Positions 1-11,364 of a stretch of 64,000 nt of DNA are shown here, in pieces. Each line of letters begins with the position of its first letter. Positions within the stretch are counted from its first letter, which is position 1. Origin of the DNA: Neophaeotheca triangularis (taxonomy: Eukaryota); NCBI GenBank assembly GCA_054600435.1, contig BAAIJX010000025.1, positions 124,001-188,000 of the forward strand, read 5' to 3'. A program made the translations under genes and the position numbers. The notes beneath the pieces were generated by a model that did no database searches, was not told the DNA's origin, and was given only the letters and a program-made list of their open reading frames with translations.

Positions 1-138
1 TCGGCGACTAGTTTGCTGGCCGCGGCGATTTTCCTGCTCATCGCTGCTTGTTTCTATGCTCTGGCTGGTGTCAAGGGGCAGGGCTTCGTGGGCAGCAAGA
101 CGCTGGGCGGGCAGGGTGTTGCGCAAATGATCGTTTGA
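1..138 (+). CDS. TVP18: 3' end of Golgi membrane protein TVP18 (partial)
   Basis: Frame 1 reads SATSLLAAAIFLLIAACFYALAGVKGQGFVGSKTLGGQGVAQMIV* (TGA 136-138). The TM helix followed by SKTLGGQGVAQMIV is the C-terminus I recall for filamentous-fungal Tvp18. Confidence 0.8.
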   Translation, partial: SATSLLAAAIFLLIAACFYALAGVKGQGFVGSKTLGGQGVAQMIV

Positions 139-743
139 GGGATGGACAGGGTCTAGGATCGGAGATGATGTGCTTAGGAGAGGGAACTTTGGAAGCTAAG
201 CTGGTGTAGCTTGCGAGGCTCGAAGAGGTTGTGAAGTACTGTGGTTAGAAGAGCGCGAGTTGGCTGTCAGAGCGGGGATTGTGGGAAAACTACATGGGCG
301 TTGAAAAGGCAAAGGGCTTGTGTGTGACGGCTGTACGAATGGACCAAGAGCGAGTTGTCTCTGCGTAGTACCCTCTTACTGGATACTTGTACTCAACATG
401 GCTGCTGACAAACTAGTAACTCAGAAATCTTTGGCTTCAAAGGAAAGTCTCTTGCAGCGGATTCTGCTAGAAACGCTTGCTTCATGGGTTTCGAGACCAC
501 TGACCGTGATTACCGTATGACTATGTCTTCACTGCAAACGTTTTGTGACTTCCCCAGCGCATTCCCGAACGGTTCCTTTCTCTCCCCTTGTTCCTCATGA
601 ATGTTCACCTTGCCCTCAACATTCCCAAGCCACCCTCATATCTCGTTCTCGCTCGCGTTCAACGACACCTTTGGCCGCGCGGTCAAATTGAGCTTCAAGA
701 TTCTAGCCGTATTCCATCTCGGGGGCGCTCTCACGGGCGCTCT

Positions 744-1420
744 CTAAGCAGCAGGGTATACGAGCCTGAAGATGTCATTGAAAACAAAGTAGCCGCCGCT
801 GCCGTCGGACAGGAGCTGGAAAGTTTGGGTGTAGCTCATGGGTCGCTGCTCAGCCTCGACGAGAAGGGCGCCGCTGACCATGATGAGAATACCCCCGCTG
901 TCGTTGCTGGGCTCGGCGTCGAGAGTTGAGACTTCGTGCTTGACTTGTGAGAAGGGCAGGTCCTGAGAGGTGGGTGTGTTAGTCTTCGGACTTTTCTCCA
1001 CTGCACGGTTGAGTGGTGGGCGTGGGGATAAGGGCTGTAGAGATGAGGACGTACGACGATCTTTTGGACGATGTTGGCTGAGCCTAGGATTGGGTCGCCC
1101 TCAAAGGTGAGCATGGAGTTGTCGCGCTGTGACGCAGGGTGATTAGCATAGTTCTTGCAAGTCTTGTGGAGGAGGGGGGGTTGGCTTACGTAGAGGGGAG
1201 CAAGGCCCGGGCGGTTGGCGTCGAAGGTCTCATAGTAGTATTTCACGAATTCCTCTGTTGATTGACTGTTAGCGTTCAGCATCCAAGTGCGCCCATACTG
1301 GAGAATAACTTATGCCATCCTCTAGATGTACAACGTACTCGCGATTCCCTGGAAGTCTGTGAAGCTATTAGCGGATTGTTGGCAGCGTTTCTTGTATTTC
1401 TCGAGCAACGTACCGGCCAT
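744..1420 (-). CDS. NTF2: Nuclear transport factor 2
   Basis: Five exons (1420-1414, 1356-1339, 1254-1190, 1126-1055, 962-744) with GT..AG introns give MADFQGIAKEFVKYYYETFDANR...SMLTFEG...FVFNDIFRLVYPAA. Confidence 0.95.
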
Positions 1421-1889
1421 GTTTGTGCTGAGAGTGTGTATTCAGTGTTCGTCTCTGTGCGGGTGCTGCCGGGTAGGGTGGGTATGGCTAGTGGGCAAGA
1501 TATGTGTGAAGAGTGCAGAGAGAGGTAGTAGTAAGTACTAGCAGGAGGTACAGAGAGTAGTGACACAAGGTGGGATGAGTCGGCAGGACGTTGTTTAAAG
1601 TCCCGACGGTTTCCTTGGCAGTGGCATGCAGCCGCATCAATCATCTCCAAGGCACTGGGCTGGCTACCTAAGTTGGTTATCGACGACAGCCAGCCGTCTC
1701 TCTCTCCTCGTTCCCTCCAGTCTCCCGTCTCTTCAGCCCCTCGCATTGTGAATCGGGGAGTGCACGAATCAGCGACATATCTAGCTGGTTATTTACAACC
1801 TCATCACCTCATCAACACGACTCTTACTAGACTCGCCGAATACCAGATACCCCTCCTCCTCCATAGCGACACACAGCAGCCTTGGAACG

Positions 1890-4597
1890 ATGGTTGGGAA
1901 GAAGTCAGGCCGCGCCCTTTTGCGGGAAGAAGGTGAGTTTCCCCCTCGTGTCATTTTATCGCGTCTTACTACTTGTACTATCAACCTGCGCAATCGCATC
2001 GCATCCTTAATTACACCGCTCATGTCGATTCCGGGGCCTTTTGTCGTCGCGAATGTGGATGCATGCATGCTAAGCAATCGCAATAGGGCTGCAGCGCACG
2101 GACAACAATATGCTCCATACGACCTGGCCGCAAGTGAACATGATAAACCAGAAAAACTACTACACGTATGTCCAACCCCTCTTTCATCCACCCCTTCACC
2201 CTTGAATTTGCCTTATCCATGCCAAACAGTTGAGTTGCCCTCACCATGGTCAGCCGAAACATCTTGAATAAGCTGAGGAAGGGCACCAAGGATGTTTATG
2301 CTCTCAACACGCAATACGTCAAGAGGTACGATAACGGCTGGCCTTCTCAACTGCCTCGTGACAGGAGCAGCAAACAAATTCACCCTCGACTCAAGTTGTT
2401 GTGTTCTTGAAAGAAAAAGTTCAAACTGACACGCTCCAACAGTGACTTCCTCAAGCGCGACGACCAGATTCTCGCTCTTCGACTTCAGCAAGATGAGCGC
2501 CTCGACCGCCGGAAGAAGGCCGCTGTCGACATCGACAGAGCACGAGCTCATGCGGCTCAACAGGGCCTCGCCTTTGTGGGGCCAATTGACCCAGATCTTG
2601 ATGGCGATGTTGCCATGGATGATGAAGGCGAGGACTATGGCTCCAAGACCATTGTTATTCACCCCGGCAGCCAGAACCTACGTATCGGTTTGGCCACCGA
2701 TGCGCTCCCAAAGACCGTTCCCATGGTGATTGCGAGAAAGTCAGATCGCTCCGAGGCCGAAAGCAGCGAGCCAAAACCCAAGAGGGTGAAACTGGATGCA
2801 TCGCCCGAAGAACAGTTCGGTGAAGAGGTGAGATTACCACCGCGTGATAAGAGTTGTTTTGACCTTGCTGATCCTTTTTAGTTTGCCAAGGAATATAATT
2901 CTATGTCAGGGCTGTTCAGGACGGCACGAAGACAGGCGAAGCGCAGGGTCCTCCCTAACTCCCGCGAACTAGTTACCAAGTGGAACTCGACTACGCCGCC
3001 AGAAGTCATCTCGGAGCATAACGATCCGCTGCGCATTGACTGGACTGAACTCCCGCCTAACCCTAGGCAAGCACCTGACTACATCGTTGGTAGCCCAGCT
3101 CTTCGCATCCCTGAAGACTCGAACCCTCGGTATCATCTCAACTGGCCAATGCGGTGCGGCTGGCTCAATGAAACGGACTACGACAGCCGCACGAGACTCT
3201 TCAGTGACTTCTTCACCATCATCGAGGACAGCATCCAGACGGAGCTGGGCCTCAATCGCAAGCGAGAATGGTCCCAATATAGCTGTGTCTTCGTCATCCC
3301 AGATCTTTACGAGAAGACGTTGGTGATTCGAATTCTCGAGGAGCTAATGCGTAGCTTCGGCTTCGCCCGCGTATGTTTCATTCAAGAGTCCCTAGCGGCT
3401 ACTTTTGGCGGCGGTTTTGGCATTGCCTGCATTGTTGACATGGGAGCCCAAAAGACCAGCGTGTGTTGCGTGGAGGACGGCATGTGCATTGAGGACTCCC
3501 GTATCAACATGAAATACGGCGGGTACGACGTTACTGATACGTTTGTGAGGATGATGTTGTTTGATCGCTTCAACTACGCCGACTTCAACCTCATGAGGCG
3601 CCACGATTTTCTGCTTGCCGAGGAGCTGAAGCAGCAGTACACGTTACTCAGCGACGAGAACATCAGCGTGCAGCTGTATGAATTCCATCTGCGTGCAGCT
3701 GGACAAAAGACGAGAAAGTTCCAATTCAAGATCTACGACGAGGGCATGCTGGCACCGATGGTAAGCACCAAGTCTAGCTTGAGGTGAAATCAAGTGCAGC
3801 GTACTGACTATCAAATTTAGGGCTACTTCAACCCTCGAATCTTCGACAATTCGCAGAAGCTCACTGGTCGTCGGAGGCTCATACCTCGATCTGCAGATCT
3901 TTACGATCAGTCACCGAATGACCCGACCTCAATTTCTCAGTCAATGGTTATCAAGCACACTCACCAATACATTCCGACCGCGGTAATGGATGCTACCGAG
4001 AAATCCGCGCGCATTCCTCCCACCCAGGCGATCTCTACCCCAAGCAAACATAAACAGCCTGGGATACCACCGCATCTGAATGGTAACAATGGTGAGCAAG
4101 AGGGCACACCTCGCTCTTCGGTCGCTGGATCACCCGCGCCCGAGGAAACTGGCACGCCATCTGCCGTCGACCAAAAGCCGGCCGAGGCCAACAACAGTGA
4201 AGTCAAAAGCACACAGCCCGATATCGAACTGATCGACCGTACAGTTCCGCTGATGGGTCTCGATCACGCAGTGCTCACATCCATCTCTGCTGCCAGTGGT
4301 GAGGACGAGCGTAAGCGCCGCGACCTCCTCGGCTCGATCATGCTTATCGGCGGTGCTTCCAAGACACCACACCTCGGTACCTACCTGGAAGCCAGATTGC
4401 GAGCGAATATGCCGCAGTATCCTAAAGAAATTCTAGTAGCGCCTCCCCCGAGAGAGTTGGACCCATCTGTGCTCGTCTGGAAGGGGGGCAGCATCTTTGG
4501 GAAGCTCAGGATGACCAACGATAGCTGGATCGGACAGCTGGAGTATGATCGCCTCGGCGTCAGAATCCTTAACTACAAGGCCATGTGGCACTGGTGA
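1890..4597 (+). CDS. ARP8: Actin-related protein 8, INO80 complex subunit
   Basis: Introns 1933-2086, 2166-2442, 2828-2881, 3761-3820. Motifs INQKNYYT-DFLKRDDQ, IVIHPGSQNLRIG, IVDMGAQKTSVCCVEDG, WKGGS and C-terminal YKAMWHW. Confidence 0.95.
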
Positions 4598-4728
4598 AGG
4601 AGAGAAAGCCGGTGATGGAGCGAGCGTCGATGTTTAGGCGGTGAATACCTCCTTTGCTGGTAGGACGTACGTGTGACTAGACTAGCGACCGGCGCCTATC
4701 CGAAGGGTATCTTGTAAGAAGCGTGCAT

Positions 4729-5640
4729 TTAGCTGACAGTGTCGTACCCGACCTCGACCTTTCCTTGGACACAACCCCAGAAATCCTCAATCAACTTCTT
4801 CTGCCCCTGTTCGTCGCCCTTGGGCACAGCCCTCGCAGCCATATACCGTCTCTGATCGATCTTGGGATCCCAATCCCCGGGATTCGCCCCAACCATCCTG
4901 CCCCCAGCCTCCTCCAAAATCACCCACCCAGCACAAACATCCCAAGCCCAACAGCCAGCTTCCCAGTAAACGTCCAGATGCCCGGCCGCGACACCACAAA
5001 TGTTCAACTCGGCACTCCCCAAACTCCGGATCCCATGCACCATGGCCCCGCCAGTCTCCTCGGTCGCACACAACTTGCTAAAAGTCTTCGTCTTTACCTC
5101 GTAATCATTCCCCGTGCGATCAGACCCCCACTCCACCGCGACCAGGCAACTGCTCAAACCGCGAAAAGGCTCGGGCTCCCGGAGCGGCAGAGAGCGCGAC
5201 TGCCCGTCGAACTCGGTCATCGTCGCACCCCGGCCTTTGACCGCGGTAAAGAGCGTTTGCGTAAAGGGGTTATAGATGACACCGACGACGGGCTTCTTGG
5301 CCACGGCCACGCCAATGGAGACGGCAACGTACGGGTGGCCGTGGAAGAAATTCGTCGTGCCGTCAATGGGGTCGACGATGAACGTCGGGGCCTCGCTTAG
5401 CTCGTCGCCGGCTTTGTACGTTTCCTCGCCCATGAAGCCAAAGTGCGGGTAGGCTTGCGTGAGCCGGGTGGATATCATCTTCTCCACTGCTTGGTCCGTT
5501 TCGGTGACTAGGTCGGCCGAGTTCTTTTTGAAGCCTTCGCCCGAGGCTTTGGGCACTGCTGAGGCGATTGTGCTGCCTGCTTCCCGGGCTAGCTTGATTA
5601 GGAAGGTTTGAACTTCTTCGAGGTCGATGTTGGCGGCCAT
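4729..5640 (-). CDS. Inositol monophosphatase family protein
   Basis: Single exon from MAANIDL (ATG 5640). Signature motifs DLVTETD, GEE, IVDPIDGTTNF, RSLGSA, WDVCAG. Confidence 0.93.
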   Translation of the reverse strand: MAANIDLEEVQTFLIKLAREAGSTIASAVPKASGEGFKKNSADLVTETDQAVEKMISTRLTQAYPHFGFMGEETYKAGDELSEAPTFIVDPIDGTTNFFHGHPYVAVSIGVAVAKKPVVGVIYNPFTQTLFTAVKGRGATMTEFDGQSRSLPLREPEPFRGLSSCLVAVEWGSDRTGNDYEVKTKTFSKLCATEETGGAMVHGIRSLGSAELNICGVAAGHLDVYWEAGCWAWDVCAGWVILEEAGGRMVGANPGDWDPKIDQRRYMAARAVPKGDEQGQKKLIEDFWGCVQGKVEVGYDTVS

Positions 5641-5903
5641 GGTTAGGTTTTTTGGTCTTGGGTCCCTGGCTTTGTCTCTGTTTGCTGTCTTGATGGGCAA
5701 GTTTTTCTACGAGAGCTTTTTCTACGAGGCGCGGTTGGTGATTTTTATAAATCCCTCGAATCCTGGTCTCTCGCCGTGGTTTTCCGATGGAGTAGTGCTT
5801 CGTCTCGAAGTAATCACTTGGTGGCTTGCAGGTAGTGAGTGATCCAGCCACGGTAGGTTTGGCATTGGGTTCGAGAGTCTGAGGTGGTTTCTGATGGTAA
5901 ATA

Positions 5904-5911
5904 CACGTCAT
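5904..5911. promoter_or_regulatory. CRE/ATF-like element (TGACGT core on the minus strand)
   Basis: CACGTCAT about 155 bp upstream of the small hydrophilin ATG. A short motif that can occur by chance. Confidence 0.3.
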
Positions 5912-6064
5912 CCTGCATGCGCCCTACAAGCTCCAGCTGCCCACTTCTACAACACCTCATGTGAGACTCGTTGTCAACAACATCGCAAACCAACACGACA
6001 TCTCATACCTAAGATCGAATAAAAAAACACAACCCCTTTAACACAAAACGCACCGCAGCAAACC

Positions 6065-6509
6065 ATGTCCGAGGGAATGAAAGACGCCATGAAGGGCTCG
6101 GGCGGTAAGCTCACGACCTCGAACCCAAACCCTCAGCCTCCAGCTTCCCTAACATCTTCCCCGTGGCTGTCGACATGTAGGCGGCCTGCAGCAAATCAGC
6201 TCGAGCGTGGGCGAGGCCATGGCCGGCAACTCGACGTCGGAGACGAGCGACAACAAGGCCGGCAGCGAGGCCAGCAGCGACTTGGGCAAGATGGCGGGCT
6301 GTGAGTCGTTCTGTTCTGTTCTGTTCCCTTTCCCATCTCTCGCTACTACATGGCGTCTCAGCTAGCGGATATGATCGACGGGTACGACGTGCTAACGAGG
6401 GATCTCAACAGCTGGTGGCAGCACTGCGTCGGATGCGCCCATGAGCGGTGGCCAGCAGGGTGTCAACCAGGGCACGGGCTCTGCCGACCACCTTGGTATC
6501 GGCAAGTAG
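6065..6509 (+). CDS. Small Gly/Ser-rich hydrophilin-like protein, 85 aa, 3 exons
   Basis: Exons 6065-6104, 6181-6300, 6412-6509 (258 nt, phases compatible). GTAAGC and GTGAGT donors, CTAAC branch points, A-rich Kozak context. Product MSEGMKDAMKGSGGGLQQISSSVGEAMAGNSTSETSDNKAGSEASSDLGKMAGSGGSTASDAPMSGGQQGVNQGTGSADHLGIGK. Confidence 0.8.
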
Positions 6510-7348
6510 AGAGGGAGAGAGAGAAAGAGAGAGAGAGAGAGAGCTAGCTCTACACAAGCTAGAAAGGGACAGAATTGGAAATGTACTCTAGACGAGCAGA
6601 CGGTCATGCAAGCCTTACAAAACGAATCACGAAAACGTTTCGCCACCGCAAACCCTTTGCAGTCCACGTGCACACAGACCTCAACTTGTCTTCGTGACTA
6701 GAGAGAAAGAAAGTCCGTTGACTCTCGAGAACAACCCGCCGCGGCCCAGAACTTGGGGGGAGCTTTTTCATGTTTAGTTACCAACATTACACTCAATGCA
6801 AGCTAGTAGCACTTCCGTCGGGTTCGAATATGTACAAATTCCAATAGGGGTATTCCAGCCATATGCCAGCGGAGAAGAAGAGGTAGAAGAAGAAGGAGAA
6901 CATGCAAGCAGTAAAGAAATAGAAACGGCGCCCGCCCGCCTTTCCTTCCTGTTTGTTCGGGCTTCAAGCCCCCCGACTTCTTGGAAGAAGTGTGCAAAAG
7001 CTGTTGAAATGTCCAGCGCGTTGTGTCAATCCGGGGAATAAATAGGGCGGCCAGAAGGGTAGTAATACATAAGGTGAAGATTGGCCAAAGTGGTCGTACC
7101 AGACTTGTGGTGCTGGTTGGAAGAAGGGGAAAATTCGTCGTTTACGAGGTTCGTGGTGTTGTGTTTGTGTATGTGGACTGCGGTCGTCCTTTTTCCCGGG
7201 TCCATAGTCAGGATCATTGTAACGGCGCCGCATATCCTACTTGGTACGATAGCTCGCGAGGTCCGCTCCACCAGACATGAGCCAGACTGGCTATGCAGCT
7301 GGGCCCCCTTTGCCCGAGTGTTTCAGCCATGCGCCTCTATCCCGCACT

Positions 7349-9383
7349 TCAATACGTAGAAGGCACAGGCACTCCTCCATCGCTGCTACTACCGTCATCT
7401 TCTGGCCTGCTTTCATTGTCCCTCGAGCTCTGCAGCGTCACAAACTGCTGCTGACCAGGCATGGCAGCATAATCCGGCTGGCCTTGATGCTCTTGCCGTG
7501 GGGGCTGCTGTAAGCGATGGAGCTCCGTCGCAGGTTGCTGGAAAGCGCTATTGAAATCCTGGCCGCCGAATTGCGCGCCTTCAAAGGCAGGGTAGTACGG
7601 TGCCTGTGGTGTCGCGAAGGATTGGGCCTGGTAGGGGTAGTGGGAGGAAATCGGCGGCCCTGCGAGCTGTCCGCTGGTTCGTCGGTATTGTGGCATGTCC
7701 ATGATCTGGGGTGATGCGGCGCTCGTAGTGCTCGGTGGTGTGTTCTCATTGCTTTGGTAGTTCGGCACGTTGGAGTCTAAGATGTAGTCAGCGTCAAAGT
7801 ACGGATTTCACAGTTGCAGGGGTCGTGCAGTCCATACAAGAGAATCCAAGCCCGTAGGCGCTGGTATTTGGGCCTCCTGGGTTCGTGAAGCTCCTCGCAT
7901 ACTGCGGCCTCTCCGAAGGGTAAGACGTTTGTTCCGAAAATGACGAGGCTCGGTTCGGCGCCTGATACGGGGCCGAGGTCTCTTGTGGGGGGCCAGTATA
8001 GGACATGCTCGATCTCAAAGGCGAGGAGATTGTTTCGCCCTGAGGCCTGTGGAGCCTCTCATGCGCCTGCATTCGCGCCATGTGTCCTAGGTTCTGCGGG
8101 TACTGATGCTGATTGCCCAGTCCCATGCCGTACATGTTGCGCCTCGGGCTTTCTTGCCCTGCTGCCCTCTGCTGAAAATCATATGGCGGGCCCCCACCGG
8201 CCGCAGAAGCGGGAGACAGGGTACTGGACATTGCGCTGGACATTGTACTTGTCGCCGACTGTGGGGGAGTGAAGCCGAAAGCTCCAATGGCGGGTGTTAT
8301 ACCTGCGGGACTCGCGTGGTACTGGCTCGGGCGGCCGACTTGCTCATAGTCGGGAACACGTCGGAGAGTATCCAACGTGAGTGGCCGTACACTTCCGCTG
8401 TTCTCGGGCAACTGCCCATATCCTCCCGAAGAAGGGACAGGTGCGGCTGAAGTCGGCGCACCCCCAAACGATCCATGCAAAGCTTGGGTCATGTCGAAGT
8501 CTGCTGGCAGAGCTCGTGATCGCATCATGCGCTCTCGATCGTCAGTCGTCAGTCGCTTGAGTTTGGCGCGCCTGTAGCCATAGTCAATGAATGTGTACTG
8601 CCATGTGCGCAAATATTGCGAAACATACCGGTTCTGAAACCAAACCTGAACCTGCCTTGGGCTCAGGCCTGGAATCTCTCGTGATAGTCTTTCACGATGC
8701 GCTGCATCTGGATGAGCTTGTTTCGCAAACTCGCTCATCAGGAAACGGGTCTGGTTGTGCGTGAGCCTGCGAAAGTCAGCGCGGAGCCATACCGATCACA
8801 GTCGCTTCTCGTACCTGAATCGCTTCATTTTCCGCTTCTGAGCGCGAATCTCAGCCGCGGTCATTGGTGGCCTCTCCCCCTCTTCTTCATTGCCCTCTGC
8901 AGCATCATCGATATCAATGTCCTCGTCCTCGCCGGAAGCTTCATGCTGCTGCGTTTCTGATCTTGATGTCAGACGCGGCGCAGGACTCGTAGGAGCTGAC
9001 CCACCAAAGGCCGCTGAGTGAGAGTCGGATGTGTTTGTAGGTTGTGATCCTTGTACGTTATGCCTTTCGGCGGATACAGTGTTGGGAGGAGCAGCAAGCC
9101 TTGGCAGAGAGGTATCGTGTTGAGTGTGATTGGAGGGCCCTAAACTGTATGGAAAGCTGTTGGAGGGCCGCAGTGTAGGTCGACTCGTGTCTTCTGGTGC
9201 GCCAGGCCCCTGGAAGGAGTGCTCAGCTATTCGTGCCGAAGGAGGCCCTTGATGGCTCATGGGTCCACGATTGGGTAAGGGCGGAGGGTGCCATTGAAAA
9301 TCGTGTTGCTTCGTTCTGCCGTCAGACATCCGCGGCGGTGATATCGGCGGCGACAGTGGCACCTGAGGAATATCTCCAATCAT
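7349..9383 (-). CDS. Homeobox transcription factor (possibly Pah1/Kal-1/Hoy1-like class)
   Basis: Introns 8767-8814, 8572-8628, 7777-7837. The spliced homeodomain reads KRKMKRFRLTHNQTRFLMSEFAKQAHPDAAHRERLSREIPGLSPRQVQVWFQNRRAKLKR. Start codon uncertain (9383 or a downstream Met). Confidence 0.9.
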
Positions 9384-11364
9384 TGGCGGTCTTTACGTGT
9401 AGGAAACTGGAACTGTCCCGTTAGTATTGATGACCTTCGATGAGCTTGTAAGGGATAATCCACTTGCCCTCAAAGGATGGTATCGCCCACAAGTGTCGTT
9501 GCGCAACTCGTCCGCCTGGAAGGCGCACAGCGTCGTCAGGCGAACAACACACGCGATCCTACGGGGCAGGAAGAGAACGGCGCTCTCACTTGGTAGAAGC
9601 GGTGGTGTTCCGTCGAGAGGGCCCGCCTAGCACATGGATGTGCAACGAATTGAATAAGTGAAAGATAGCTCCGGGGAGCTTGTGCTCGACCGTAAATTGA
9701 GAAAGGATCGAGTGGGATGGACTCAATGGGGTGGTGAGAACGCGCTCTTTGCCTCCCAAGTTCGAGTATGAGGAACCTCAAAAGAGCGGGAACGGGCCTG
9801 ATCGTCCGGAGAAATGCCTGCACCGAGTAAATGAAAGCGTGCCGCCGCCCTCAGAGCCGCCTGGCCAGGTCTAGTGTGAAGATGGCGAGCAGGCGTCACT
9901 AGGCGCCCAGAGGTCTTTACTGCGGAAAACCTGGCAAGCTCGCCGTCGCCCGATCAAATCCTGTCCTAGCGGGATTCTTTTGAGCAATGCTTTCGACGAT
10001 GGCGCAAGTAGGCGAGCGTTTTAGTAAATCGATCAGGCTGGATGAAATGACAATGGGCTTGAGCCTGGTGGTCAAGGTATGGTCAACCCAATGGATGGCC
10101 CTAGTGAAGCAAATGACCGATATGCTTTGGTGGCTTTGATGAGTGTTGATGCAGATAGATGGTGGTTTTGATTGCAGAGTCTTTAGTGTGAGCTGGACGG
10201 AAGCGGCGAGAGTAGTTAGGTATGGCACGTTCCTTAATCTTGATACCCGGCACCTTCAACAGGCGTCTCCACGTGCAAGTAGAACCGAGATAGCCTCGAG
10301 AAAGTGTGGACGGAAGGTGCTCGAATCAGATGCGACCTGTACCTAGACGACCTCGGGATTTGTTAGTAGCTAAGTACTCAAAGCACAGCGCCAGGGCCCA
10401 GCTAACAATTGCCTAGTCTCGATACCCTTGCGCAGAAGGGAGCAGATCCTCGAACACACAAACCTTGAAGCGGTCATGGGGGGTGGGAGGTGGAGGCAGA
10501 GACAGGGCAAGCAGATTATGCCTTTGCGCAAGGCTAGACATGCAATTGAACGCCGAAGTACCGGTCGAAGACCCGTGACTGTACCCTGTCAAGGTGCACG
10601 ACCATTTGCTGTGGTTGGCTGCATGGTTATCCGACATGCCCCGTGGTCCGTCTAGCAGTCCATGGACGCCTTTGGCGAGGGAAGGTCTTGCATTGGTCTC
10701 GGGTCGTTGCTAAGTCTGGTAAAGTCTTTGTAGATGACCTTAAGGTTACCTTCTCTCTCCGCAGTGGTCTCCGATCGACTACTAGGGCTCTCTGGATAGA
10801 GCGGTTGTCTCTCACCTTTTGGTAGCAAAGATTATTGATCTAACCGTGTTGATAGGAAAAAGGTGAAGGCCTGGCTCCACACAGCCGACAGGGAAGCTCG
10901 CCACGCCGGTTGCATTTCTAGCGAAGGGACGTGAGGCTACTAGCCCTGGGAGATGACCCCTCCAAAGCGTACGACAATTTCGCGTCAGAGCCGCTTGGTC
11001 TACTCTTGAGCCGTCCATGATGATGAAGAGTGATAGGCGCGCGAGAAGAAGAATTGGCTGCTCTAGCGAATGCACGGATGTGACAGAAGCCAGAAGCGAG
11101 GCTCCAAGGTCAAGGGTGTGTGCGGCGTGCGGCGTGCGGCGTGCCTGGCGCCTGCAGGCCTGCACATGGATGGAACATTTATATTATTTTGGATGCGATC
11201 GCCTTGTCTCAGAATGCTGCGATCGGACAGTGCGATGACGGACCGGTCCGTAGGGTGAAATGGCAGATACAAAGGGTATCTTTTTTCTTTACTTTTACTT
11301 CTGTCAATGGACACGCGAGGCTGGCGGCTGTGGAGGGAAGCAGGATGCATGAGTGGAGAGATGC

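Noticed and set aside
2248..2343. Hammerhead ribozyme reading of the ARP8 intron element (GAAAC and CTGAGGA present)
   Set aside because: CTGAGGA falls inside the loop of the stem begun by GAAAC, which does not fit hammerhead core topology.
4723..5400. Long antisense ORFs here and at, for example, 16004-16630, 31493-32110, 42801-43403 and 47058-48026
   Set aside because: They shadow well-supported genes on the other strand in GC-rich, codon-biased DNA and show no recognisable motifs.
6510..6543. (GA)n tract after the hydrophilin stop codon
   Set aside because: Ordinary 3' UTR microsatellite.
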